Shown here one piece after another: positions 54,651-64,000 of a stretch of 64,000 bases of DNA. The first letter of the stretch is position 1. Each line of letters starts with the position of its first letter. The notes under the pieces are model-generated. The model saw only the letters and a list, made by a program, of their open reading frames with translations, made no database searches and was not told where the DNA came from. The stretch comes from Alphaproteobacteria bacterium. GTDB lineage: Bacteria; Pseudomonadota; Alphaproteobacteria; SHVV01. The stretch spans positions 1,568,001 through 1,632,000 of the forward strand of contig OZ253470.1 of assembly GCA_965261735.1 (NCBI GenBank), read 5' to 3'. The position numbers and the translations under genes were made by a program.

Positions 54651-54976
54651 GTAAGGCATTCTTCTTTTGTCTCACTAGTCGGCCGCGCACCGCGAGGGCC
54701 GCATAACTCCCGGCAAGGTCGCGCACCGCGCGGCCCGCCTGGCGGCCGCCGGAAGGTGGTGTTGCAGGGGGAAACGGCCCCGGGCGCGGATCCGAGGCCA
54801 GCGGTTTCATTGAGCTTCGTCCGGGTGCATGGCGGAGGGTATCGTCCGCTGGCCTGATCCCGGGGGGCATTGCCATGAAACAGTCGGCGGCCGGGTCTCG
54901 CGGCGAATGGCCGCTCAGACAGCGAGGGCGCAATTCGGGTGCGGTCCGGTTGTGCGGCCTGGACCCCGCAGCCGGG

Positions 54977-55189
54977 ATGCTCATACTCGACTGCGAGCCG
55001 TGCGGCCGCCATGGCCGCTACCGGCTGAAGGCGCTGATCGAGGTTTATGGACCCCGGGCCGGGCTTCCCGACATACGCCGCGTCCTCGTATCCAGGGGCG
55101 AATGCCATGGCTCCACCGATCCGCCGCGGCCATGTCATGCGTGCTTCAAGGGTCTTCATGATGCCCGCAGGCCGAGCCCATCCTGTTGA
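54977..55189 (+). CDS. Small Cys-rich hypothetical protein
   Basis: CEPCGR.GRY....LI..YG....LPD; start uncertain (54875 possible). Confidence 0.5.
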   Translation: MLILDCEPCGRHGRYRLKALIEVYGPRAGLPDIRRVLVSRGECHGSTDPPRPCHACFKGLHDARRPSPSC

Positions 55190-55218
55190 GACAGACGGAC
55201 TCTCCAGCCCCCGCCCGG

Positions 55219-55317
55219 CCGCCCGCACGGCGTTGGCGCCGACGCCGTCGGCCACGCGCCCGTGGCTCACGGTGGCGCCGCCGTGCGTTGCCACGGTCGC
55301 CAACGCCGTGCGGGCGG
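55219..55317. repeat. GC-rich hairpin with a 20-bp perfect stem
   Basis: CCGCCCGCACGGCGTTGGCG (55219-55238) and its reverse complement (55298-55317). Confidence 0.85.
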
Positions 55318-55507
55318 GCGGCGGGGGTCGATCCCGGCCTCAATGCCGCGTGCACCGCGAGCTCCGCAGACGCCCGGCGGCCGCATAACTCCTGCTGTTC
55401 CTGCTTGACCGGAATTGCCCTCTATCCCAACCGCCGGGTCTGGAAGAATCGCGCGTCCCGCGGCGGTGCCGCGTGCCCGCCCTCGCAATCGTCACAAGGA
55501 CACGGTC

Positions 55508-56362
55508 ATGATCGAAGTGATTCCCAACGGCAAGGCGCTAGGGGCCGAGATTCGCGGCGCGGATCTCTCCCGGGGGCTCGGCCCCGCGGACGTCCGCACG
55601 ATGCTGGACGCCTGGTCCCAACACCTCGTCCTGCTGTTCCGCGATCAGTTCATCTCCGACCCGGAACTGATCGGTTTAAGCCGCTCCTTCGGCGACCTGG
55701 ACCTCTGTCCGCCCAACGCGACGGGAAAACAGTACTCGGCGGAGCATCCGGAACTCATCATCGTTTCCAACGTCGTCGTCGACGGCGAGCCCCTGGGCAG
55801 CTTGGGCGACCGAGAGCTGCGCTGGCACACGGACATGTCCAACCACGCCGTGCCGCCCCAGGCCAGCATCCTGCATGCCCTGGAAGTGTCGTCGGAGGGC
55901 GGCGAGACCGAATTCTGCAACATGTACGCGGCCACGGCGGATTTGCCCGGGCGCTTGCGGGCGGCGGTCGAAGGCAAATGGGCACGTCAGGACGGCACGT
56001 ACGACAGCGCCGGCGCCCCTCAACGCGCGGTAGAGGTGGTGGGGGTGCGGACAGAGTCGCCGCACGCGCGGCATCCGCTGATGCGCAGGCATCCCGACAC
56101 GGCCCGGACGGTTCTCTATCTGGGGCGCCGTCCCAAGCAGTACGTGGTCGGCCTGGACCCGGAGGACAGCGAGGAACTGCTCGACGCGCTGTGGGCCCAT
56201 GCCACCCAACGGAAGTACGTGTGGACCCATGAGTGGCGGGTAGGCGACCTGATCGTCTGGGACAACCGCTGTGTCATGCACCGCCGGAATGCGTTTCCCG
56301 CGCACTCGCGCCGGACGATGCACCGAACTCAAGTGACCGGAAGCGCGATCGTCGCCGCCTGA
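55508..56362 (+). CDS. TauD/TfdA-family 2-oxoglutarate dioxygenase
   Basis: WHTD, GGETEF, W..GD..VWDNR..MHRR. Confidence 0.92.
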   Translation: MIEVIPNGKALGAEIRGADLSRGLGPADVRTMLDAWSQHLVLLFRDQFISDPELIGLSRSFGDLDLCPPNATGKQYSAEHPELIIVSNVVVDGEPLGSLGDRELRWHTDMSNHAVPPQASILHALEVSSEGGETEFCNMYAATADLPGRLRAAVEGKWARQDGTYDSAGAPQRAVEVVGVRTESPHARHPLMRRHPDTARTVLYLGRRPKQYVVGLDPEDSEELLDALWAHATQRKYVWTHEWRVGDLIVWDNRCVMHRRNAFPAHSRRTMHRTQVTGSAIVAA

Positions 56363-56814
56363 GACGGCCGTCCCCGCGGCCCGCCGTGCAGATCTACAAC
56401 GCCAACCTGCCGCGTGGTTTCCAGCTCTCCGTCGACCCCGCCCCGTCCCGGCCGCCGCCTCCTGGGCCGGGGACGCCGTGGACACCCTGCCTCCCGGCCA
56501 GATCCTGATCCAATACGCCGCCCGCGCGGACTGGCACGGCATCTCCAACCCCAGTCCGACCGCCCAGGGCCAGGCGAGGCTCTTAATATCTCGATACCGC
56601 TGGCGAGATCTTCACGACCCGGGTCTGGGTCGACTCCACCCGGCACCCCCGCGGCGACACCCTCGATAACGGGCTGGGTGTACCCCAGGTCAGGCCGCGT
56701 TGCGGCCCCTCATTGCCTCGCGCAGATCAGAGAGGTAGGGCCTGAAGGAACTGGGGACAACGTATCGAACTTTCATCCGCCTTTACGGTTCAATCTGCCC
56801 AGCCCGCCGATGGG

Positions 56815-57501
56815 TCAGCCCGAGAGTCTCACGTTCTGCGGGAACATGTTGCGCCGGGCCTCGTCATCCATCTCCGCCTTGAACGCGTGGCGGTCCTTCA
56901 GGGCGATCGCCCGCTCGGCTGCGGGACGCGCACTGATGTGATCCACCAGCCGTTTGAGGTTAGGCATTTTGGGAAAGGCGTCCTCGCCCAGGACAACAGG
57001 CACCAAGCGAGCCCAGCCCCACACCGCCATGTCGACAATCGTGTACGTCTCGCCCAGCATGTAGGAATTCTCTCCGAGATGCCGGTCGAGAATTCCGTAA
57101 TGACGTTCCGCTTCGAAGTTGTAGCGATTGATGGCGTAGGGAAGTTTCTCCGGCGCGTGATTCTTGAAATGAACGGCCTGTCCCGAATAGGGACCCACGC
57201 CCGTGGCTACGAACATCAGCCAGGACAGTAGCCGCGCCCGCATTTCCGACGTGTCTTCCGGCAGGAATTTTCCCGTCTTCTCGGCCAGATACAGAAGGAT
57301 GGCGTTGCTGTCGAACACAGTAACGCCGTCATCGACGATAGCTGGCGCCTTCGCATTCGGGTTGATTGCAAGGTATTCTGGCTGGTGCTGATCGCCGAGC
57401 CGGGTGTCGAGCGGGACCGGCTCATAGGCCAAGCCCGACTCTTCGAGGAACAAGGCCACCTTCATCGGATTGGGAGCGGCGTTATAGTAGAATTTCAGCA
57501 T
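56815..57501 (-). CDS. Glutathione S-transferase (YfcG-like)
   Basis: PNP.KV..FLEE, INPN.K.PAI.D, DSNAIL.YLAEK. Confidence 0.92.
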   Translation of the reverse strand: MLKFYYNAAPNPMKVALFLEESGLAYEPVPLDTRLGDQHQPEYLAINPNAKAPAIVDDGVTVFDSNAILLYLAEKTGKFLPEDTSEMRARLLSWLMFVATGVGPYSGQAVHFKNHAPEKLPYAINRYNFEAERHYGILDRHLGENSYMLGETYTIVDMAVWGWARLVPVVLGEDAFPKMPNLKRLVDHISARPAAERAIALKDRHAFKAEMDDEARRNMFPQNVRLSG

Positions 57502-57635
57502 GTCTAACCTTTCATTTTTTCTGGCTCGTTTGAAAGAACCCGGCGGGTTTCTCCGGATGCATCTTGGATAATACAACCTACTGTCGGTGGGACATCGATG
57601 TCAGTGATTCCACCAAGGCATGTCGGAGGACTTGA

Positions 57636-57911
57636 ATGTCAGAAATTGAATACTCCTGCTCAGCCCGTTCAGCGTATGCCTATCTCGGCTCAGCGCGCTT
57701 CATGGAGATCGCCCGCGCGGCGGGACGATGCATCGTCCATAAGCCCGTCGATTTGGACAAGGTTCTAGAGGGTGTTGGATATGCACCCTTTGTGAAACGC
57801 AAACCCAATCAGCGCGCCTACTTCTTCGCGGACGCGATCGCGGCGGCGGGCGTCGAACCGCTCACGCCCGCCCAGCTCAAGCTGGGCTACGGCGCGGCGA
57901 TCGCAGATTGA
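57636..57911 (+). pseudogene. 2-hydroxychromene-2-carboxylate isomerase/DsbA-like N-terminal fragment fused to an unrelated tail
   Basis: IEY.....S.YAYLG..R....A......KPVDL. Confidence 0.6.
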
Positions 57912-57913
57912 CC

Positions 57914-59062
57914 ATGACGCTCTCGACGCCGCCGTTCACGATCGGTATTGAAGAGGAATACTTCCTCGTCGATCCTGTCACGCGCGACTTGGCGACCGGG
58001 GTACAGCAAGCGGTCATCGAAGACTGCACGGACAGCCTCGACAGCGAAGTCGGCGGGATCGTCCCGGAGTTCCTACGTAGCCAGGTCGAGGTGGGAACGG
58101 CCGTCTGCCGATCCATGGCCGAAGCGCGCGAGAAGCTTTCCGCGCTTCGTCGCGCGGTCGCGGTAGCTGCCCGCAATAATGGCGTGGAACTGCTGGCCGC
58201 ATCGACCCACCCGATCGCAGACTGGAACAGGCAGGACCATACCGACAAGGAGCGTTACAACGTTCTGGCCGAGAACTTCCAGACGCTCGCGCAGCGCCTT
58301 CTCATCTGTGGAATGCATGTCCATGTCGGTGTCGAGGACAACGATCTGCGCATGGATCTGCTTGGCCAGATCACCTATTTCCTTCCGCATCTTCTGGCCC
58401 TGAGCACATCGTCGCCGTTCTGGCGGGGCCGAAACACCGGCCTGTTGTGTTACCGCCTGGCGGTGTTCGACGAACTGCCGCGCACCGGGCCGCCGGAGCG
58501 GTTCGAGAGCTGGGGCGAATACGAACGCCACGTCGGCATTCTTGTGAACGCGGCGCTGATCGAGGACGCCACAAGGATCTGGTGGGACATCAGGCCGCAT
58601 CCCATCTTTCCGACGCTGGAGATGCGGATTGCGGACATCGGAACGCGGATCGACGACACACTGACCGTCGCAGCCCTGTATGCGTGCGTGATCTCGGCGC
58701 TCCGGCGCCTTCGGCGCGGCAATCAACGCTGGCGGCAATACAGCAACATGCTGATTCGGGAGAACCGCTGGCTGGCCCAGCGCTACGGGTTCTCGCGCGG
58801 ATTGGTCGATTTCGGGATCGGCAGGGTCGTACCCTATGCGGACTTGTTGGAAGAGCTCATCGATCTGGTCCGCGAGGACGCCGAGGAGCTCGGTTGCATC
58901 GACGAAGTGCTGAACGCGCGCGAGATACTCGTGCGGGGAACCAGCGCGCACATGCAGGTGCAGGCCTACAACGAGGCGTTGTCACAGGGTGCGAGCGAGG
59001 CAGAAGCATTGCGCGGGGTCGTCGACCTTCTGCTCAAGGAGACCCTGAGGGGGCTCGAATAA
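57914..59062 (+). CDS. ybdK: Carboxylate-amine ligase / glutamate-cysteine ligase GCS2
   Basis: TIGIEEEY, CGMHVHVG, LALS.SSPFW.G, WWDIRP...PTLEMR. Confidence 0.9.
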   Translation: MTLSTPPFTIGIEEEYFLVDPVTRDLATGVQQAVIEDCTDSLDSEVGGIVPEFLRSQVEVGTAVCRSMAEAREKLSALRRAVAVAARNNGVELLAASTHPIADWNRQDHTDKERYNVLAENFQTLAQRLLICGMHVHVGVEDNDLRMDLLGQITYFLPHLLALSTSSPFWRGRNTGLLCYRLAVFDELPRTGPPERFESWGEYERHVGILVNAALIEDATRIWWDIRPHPIFPTLEMRIADIGTRIDDTLTVAALYACVISALRRLRRGNQRWRQYSNMLIRENRWLAQRYGFSRGLVDFGIGRVVPYADLLEELIDLVREDAEELGCIDEVLNAREILVRGTSAHMQVQAYNEALSQGASEAEALRGVVDLLLKETLRGLE

Positions 59063-59275
59063 ACCGCACGCTTGCCCGGCGGAGATCATGACCATCCATC
59101 CCGTGAGCACCCTCGTTAACAAGCCCACGAACGACGACCGCCGATGCGTCGAGCCCGTCGCCGCCTGAAGCCGGACGACGAGGCAGCTCACATGAGTTTG
59201 GTGAATCGCTGCCTGTCCGTGCTGATGTTGACCCTCCTTGCTGTGCCGCTGGCTCGGGCTGAACCACTGGCGCTA

Positions 59276-60424
59276 GTGGATTGATCGGAACGAAAGAGTC
59301 CGATTTGAGATTCCGTATTGTGCGGTGTCATGCGAGTCTGTGCTATGCGCACCGGCATCCATTTTACTGTCACGTCTGGCGACCGTCAGCGATTGCAAGC
59401 TATCGTCGCGGACCCGAAGAGCTCGCAGAAACATGTCTGGCGGGCGCGGATCATCCTGAAGAGCGACGAGGGGCTCGGGAACTCGTCGATCATGGCCGAG
59501 ACCGGCAAGTCCAAGACCTGTGTCTGGCGCTGGCAGGAGCGGTTCATGCACGAGGGTGTCAACGGCTTGCTTCGCGACAGGTCCCGTCCGCCTGGCAAAG
59601 CGCCGATCCCGCCGGAGCGCGTCGCCGAGATCGTCCGCCTGACCCAGCAAGCGCCGCCGCACGAGGCGACCCACTGGACGCTGCGCGCGATGGCGAAGGT
59701 TGCTGGCGTCGCGGCGTCGACGGTCCAAGCGATCTGGAAGGCCCATGGCCTCAGCCCGCACCGCTGGCGGCACTTCAAGCTCTCCAATGATCCCGCCTTC
59801 GCCGAGAAGCTCACAGATATCGTCGGCTTGTATGTCGATCCGCCGGCCCATGCCGTGGTGCTGTCGGTTGATGAGAAATCACAGATCCAGGCGCTCGACC
59901 GCACCCAACCCGGCTTGCCGATGAAGAAGGGCCGCGCCGGTACGATGACCTATGATTACAAACGGCATGGCACGACGACGCTGTTCGCCGCGCTCAACGT
60001 GCTGGACGGTACGGTCATCGCACAGAACATGCAGCGCCACCGCCATCAGGAGTTCATCCGCTTCCTCAACCGCATCGAGCGCGAGGTGCCGACGGACAAG
60101 GCCGTCCACGTCATCCTCGACAACTACGCCGCGCACAAGAAGGACAAGGTCCGCGCCTGGCTCGCCCGCCATCCACGCTGGACCTTCCACTTCACGCCAA
60201 CCTCGTGCTCGTGGCTCAATGCCGTCGAGGGCTTCTTCGCCAAACTAACGCGGCGCAGGCTCAAATACGGCGTCTTCCAATCCGTCGTCGACCTTCAGGC
60301 CGCCATCAACCGATTTGTCCGCGAATACAATGACGCAAACCCAAAACCCTTCATCTGGAAAGCCGACCCCGATCATATCATCGCCGCACGAAACAGAGGG
60401 TTCCAAACGTTGGAATCAATCCAC
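59276..60424 (+). mobile_element. IS630-family element (transposase 59345-60427)
   Basis: IRs GTGGATTGAT/ATCAATCCAC in CTAG context (TA duplication); VDEKSQIQAL, LDNY, SWLN.VE. Confidence 0.94.
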
Positions 60425-60607
60425 TAGGCCGGTTCTCAGCCGGCATCACCGAAGGCTGGCAAACGCGTGAATTCGAGGTGAGACCAGCTACCGGATCATG
60501 AAGCTGGACGGGCGGCGAGTGCTTGAGGGCGACAGCGTTTCTTCTGCCTCGAGCTTCTACCTCGAACGGGAAATCGATCTCGCGGCGACAAACAGGTGAC
60601 CCAGACC

Positions 60608-60805
60608 ATGCCCGACGCCAAGCCCAAGCGACACTCGGCATTTGTGCCAGCGAAGGACCGGCCCACAGTAGATGTTGTCGATTACGGCTACCAGCCGTCA
60701 AAAACCGAACTTTCAAAAGACTTGCGGTTTGAAGGGTCGTTGGAGAAAGCGGCCAAGGCTCTAGTGCAGCCCGTGAACGTCCGCCGGATCACGAGGCCGC
60801 GCTAG
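60608..60805 (+). CDS. Small ORF resembling IS1595 passenger genes, followed by a TATATAAGCCC end-like sequence (60829-60839)
   Basis: YQPSK.EL..D.....S.E..A.AL motif. Confidence 0.5.
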   Translation: MPDAKPKRHSAFVPAKDRPTVDVVDYGYQPSKTELSKDLRFEGSLEKAAKALVQPVNVRRITRPR

Positions 60806-61027
60806 GTAGAAAGTTTCGTCACTTTCGTATATAAGCCCCTTTTGATAACATCTACGCCACTATGTTGTCGGTCGCAGCCCTCGCTGATGAAAATACAACC
60901 ATTGTGCAAATGGTCGCGTTCTCGGATCATTCTTGGCAACTCGAACGTAACTACCCAGGTCTGATTGGCCCGAGCGTTTGTATGTGAGGGATCGTGGGGG
61001 TCCGGGCTGGTAGCGGTGCCGGTGTTC

Positions 61028-62566
61028 TCAGAGGCGCAGTTGGGGGATTAGTTGCATCGGATCGGGATGCACCAGGGTCTGGAGGACGTTCCAGCCTTGC
61101 TTTCGGGCGGTGGCGATGACGGCACGCATTCTGGCGAAGTTGCAGGCACCCCTCTCGGAGCGGAAGCCACCGGAGATCTTCTGGCGCAGCTTGGCCATTC
61201 GGAGGTCACGTTCGGCCTCATTGTTCGTAAACGGCGTGCGCGGGTCGGTGAGGAATCGCAGGCATCCCTCCTTGTGCTTGCGGAGGCGGAGCGCGAGGTT
61301 ATGACCGATGCGGCGTTTCTTTCGTCCGCGCTTGCCGGTCCGGAGCGGCGGCTGCGCCTCGTGGAAGGCGATGGCGTGGTCGAGGATGCGGGCCCAGGCC
61401 CGCGAGATCCGGGCCACCAGGGAGGCGGGCGCGTCGCGGCCGTTCTCACGGGAGAAGCGGGTAGCCCTGTGTGCGCGCTCAAGGAGGCGGTGCATGCTCT
61501 TTGCCCAGTCTTCCTTCTCGATGTCGATCAGGGCCTGGAGTTCGCGCAGGTGATGGGCGTTGCAGGCGCCGTGGCGCACGCCCTTGAGGGTGAAGTAGGC
61601 GGCGTAATCGTCATGGATGAGGATGCCTTCGAGGTCCTTTTCGACATCGCCGCGTCCCGCGCCGATGCGCAGGACGGTCAGGAATGGGGTGCACAGCACG
61701 TGGAGCCAGCGGGTACGGGCGGCGATCCGCAGGCCGGTTTCGTCGAGGTGCTTGACCGGGACCGCTGTGCGGATCACGTCTGCGACATGGGCGAGGAAGG
61801 GCTCGAAGCGCCTGGCGGTTCGCCGGCCCATGGCGGTGATCGTGGCTGTGGAGATGGACACTGCGAAGAGGTCGCTCATGAGTTCGGCCAAGCGCTTCTC
61901 GGGAACGAACTGGGCGTACAGCAGGTAGCTCACCCAGGCGGTGATGCGTGGCCCGTACTGGACCGGGGCGGTCACGCCGTCCGCGAAGACGGCTCCTGTC
62001 ACGGTGGCGCAGGCGCCGCAGAGGCAGCGATGGGCGCGGTGTTCGGTGACCTCCAGGGGGCGTGGCTCGGGCACATCGAAGACCTGTCGACAGACGGGCG
62101 CGCGGTGACGGTCGGCGTCCGACAGCGGTGCGCCGCAGCCCGAACAGGCGGAGGGGTCATGATCCACAACATGGTCCGGGCTCTCGGTCCGCGCCAGCGT
62201 CGTTCCCTTGTGGCCCGGCTGGCCGCCGCTTGGCCTGCCGGACTTGCCGCGCTGGCTTCGGGTGCGCCTCTGGGTTCGGCTCTTCTTGCGCAGGCCGTCG
62301 CTGGCGGGCGGCTTGCTGCTGGTGGTGCTGTCAAGCGCCGCGCTCCGCTCGAGCTCGGCGATGCGGTCCCGCAGGGTCGCGTTCTCCCGCTCGAGCGCGG
62401 CATTCTCCCGGACGAGCGCCGTGGCCAGGCGCAACAGCCCCTGGCCCCATTCCCCGAAGGCCTTGACGACTGTGGTTGCGAAGGATGAGGGGTCAAGAAG
62501 ATCTTGCAGGCACGCGAAGGCCTCGTCATGGGCGGCGAGGTCCTCGTGCCAGCGCGACAGCGTCAC
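61028..62566 (-). CDS. IS66-family (ISBst12-like, single ORF) DDE transposase
   Basis: Coiled coil, SSKPPASD, GGQPGHKG, Zn finger, DETG, C.AH..REL, TNN.AERDLR..K..QKISG. Confidence 0.94.
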   Translation of the reverse strand: MTLSRWHEDLAAHDEAFACLQDLLDPSSFATTVVKAFGEWGQGLLRLATALVRENAALERENATLRDRIAELERSAALDSTTSSKPPASDGLRKKSRTQRRTRSQRGKSGRPSGGQPGHKGTTLARTESPDHVVDHDPSACSGCGAPLSDADRHRAPVCRQVFDVPEPRPLEVTEHRAHRCLCGACATVTGAVFADGVTAPVQYGPRITAWVSYLLYAQFVPEKRLAELMSDLFAVSISTATITAMGRRTARRFEPFLAHVADVIRTAVPVKHLDETGLRIAARTRWLHVLCTPFLTVLRIGAGRGDVEKDLEGILIHDDYAAYFTLKGVRHGACNAHHLRELQALIDIEKEDWAKSMHRLLERAHRATRFSRENGRDAPASLVARISRAWARILDHAIAFHEAQPPLRTGKRGRKKRRIGHNLALRLRKHKEGCLRFLTDPRTPFTNNEAERDLRMAKLRQKISGGFRSERGACNFARMRAVIATARKQGWNVLQTLVHPDPMQLIPQLRL

Positions 62567-63228
62567 GGGTCCTCGGCATCGACGGCCATCATGGCGGCCA
62601 GCACCGCGAGGCGTTCGCCCGCCGGCAAGGCCTTGTAACGCCGGCCCCAGTTGGCCGCCTTACGCTTGATGCGCTGGCGGTCGGTGAAGTTCCGGCCTGC
62701 GTAGCTCGCCCAATGCACCCGGTCGGGCGCGAAGTTGAACCACACGACCTCGGTCCGCACCTGGGCCTGGGTCGTCACCTGCAGCGCCAGACTGCGCCAG
62801 CCCGCCAGCATCTCGTCATAGAGCGCCGAGGGATGGCCCGAGACCATCACCTGGCAGGGCAGATCCTTGAGCAGGTCCAGGAGCGCGACATGGTCGACCT
62901 CCTCGAAGTCGAAGCGATAGCGCCGTGCCGAACGGCGGGTCGCGTGCAGATAGGGGGGATCGCTGTAGACCAGCTCCGGGCCCAGAAACGGGAACGAGGC
63001 CAAAAAGGCATGGGCACAGCCATGCACCAACTCGACCGGGTAGTCACAGGCAAAGGCCTCGAGCGCCTGCGCATCGCGGTCGATGCCGATCGAGCGCACG
63101 CCCGTTGGCTTGCGCTTCATCAGCGCACCGCCCCCCAGGTGGCTCTCGATGTAAACGCTGTGCGGCGGCATCAGCGCAATCAGCGCCTGGCACAGACCGC
63201 TCGTCGCCTTCGACCCGAAATATCCCAC
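62563..63228 (-). CDS. Small D12-class N6-adenine DNA methyltransferase
   Basis: Y.GSK, YIE.HLGGGA (motif I), VYSDPPY (motif IV); GTG start with GGAG RBS; GTGA overlap with the transposase. Confidence 0.88.
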   Translation of the reverse strand: MGYFGSKATSGLCQALIALMPPHSVYIESHLGGGALMKRKPTGVRSIGIDRDAQALEAFACDYPVELVHGCAHAFLASFPFLGPELVYSDPPYLHATRRSARRYRFDFEEVDHVALLDLLKDLPCQVMVSGHPSALYDEMLAGWRSLALQVTTQAQVRTEVVWFNFAPDRVHWASYAGRNFTDRQRIKRKAANWGRRYKALPAGERLAVLAAMMAVDAEDP

Positions 63229-63377
63229 GCGCCGCTCCCGTCACACGAGAGCGCAACCCATAGACGCCCGATTCTATGGAGTCAAGAGACGATCAACGAC
63301 GCGGCGGCGGAAACCCGGCCCCGGCGACCACCTACATCATCCTCTCGCGGTCAGGAGCGGGGTACCTGGGTAGTTAC

Positions 63378-63615
63378 ACTCGAACGCTACCTCGAAACCA
63401 TGGCGGAGGCCGGTCTGTCGGAGGTCCTGCTGCCGACCCTGCGGGGCGAGGCCGACGGTCGGCTATGGCGTTCGGTGCCAAACCGGCGTTGGTATTCCAA
63501 GCAACGGGGCGAGACGCCTGGCAGCCACGAGGTCGTGCTGATCCACCGCAAGACGGAGGATGCCGTTACGCAGCCTCGCCAGCAGTCGCGGACAGAGGCT
63601 CGGCCATCCCAGTGA
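63378..63615 (+). pseudogene. C-terminal remnant of a probable DNA methyltransferase gene (continues from 60840-60946) split by the IS66
   Basis: Frame VQMVAFSDHSWQLE|RYLETM...RLWRSVPNRRWY...EVVLIHR is continuous across the TSD. Confidence 0.55.
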
Positions 63616-63890
63616 TCCGAGAGAGGCTGTCGACGAGCGGCAGCAGGAACGGAGCGATTGCGCTCGTCACCTCTGCCACCATTTCCCGCACATCCGGCCT
63701 CTGATCCTCCTCCTGTTTGTCTTCGGCCGGCTGCTCCTGCTTGCGGGCCTCGAGGTCGTGCCGGATCACCGCAAGCGCAATCAGCGTCATACCGAACTTG
63801 TAGCGGTCGCGGATCTCGTGCACCCGCCGCGGTTTCTCCTTTACCGCCTGCTCGATGAAGACGTTGTTCATGTTGATCGCATAGTCGAAC
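63566..63890 (-). pseudogene. Hypothetical protein C-terminal part, truncated by IS1595
   Basis: Open frame runs up to the IS end. Confidence 0.55.
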
Positions 63891-64000
63891 CTTGCCGGTT
63901 AACGCCCATGACCGCTACATGTAGGGTGCCGCCACTCTCCCGAGTAAAGCTCGGCATAGGTTGGAGCAGAGGTGTCGCCCGCGATGCCGAGCAATGAGCG
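63891..64000 (-). mobile_element. IS1595 copy 6 right end (runs off window); IR has a 5-bp deletion
   Basis: CTTGCCGGTTAACG versus canonical CTTGCCTATCCGGTTAACG. Confidence 0.9.

Larger units (their letters stand above)
60947..63377 (-). mobile_element. IS66-family element carrying a DNA adenine methyltransferase
   Basis: 14-bp perfect IRs GTAACTACCCAGGT; 8-bp TSD ACTCGAAC at 60939-60946 and 63378-63385. Confidence 0.95.

Overview
High-GC, probably alphaproteobacterial (Rhodospirillales-like, inferred from protein style only) accessory region in active decay. A large part of the window is insertion sequences: six copies or fragments of one IS1595 element, two IS256 types, three IS5-family types, IS21, IS630 and IS66, plus scraps of IS110, ISL3, IS1380 and IS1016. 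These sit among remnants of a conjugative/integrative element (umuDC-like, parB, DUF2201/vWA, strawberry-notch helicase-methylase, recD2, ssb, pilus ATPase, tyrosine integrases) and of defence genes (OLD-like nuclease, DEAD-box helicase, hsdM, MNT-HEPN pair, PIN, MBL hydrolase). Apparently intact cargo includes a compact sulfur module (yeeE, soxF/fccB-like, soxE-like, soxZ, soxY), TauD, GST, YbdK, SDR, rhomboid and an outer-membrane beta-barrel. The strongest finding is a fully delimited 2431-bp IS66-family element (14-bp IRs, 8-bp TSD) whose transposase is translationally coupled to a small DPPY adenine methyltransferase, i.e. a self-mobile methylase. No rRNA, tRNA or CRISPR array was recognised. 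All family calls come from recalled motifs; no database search was run.
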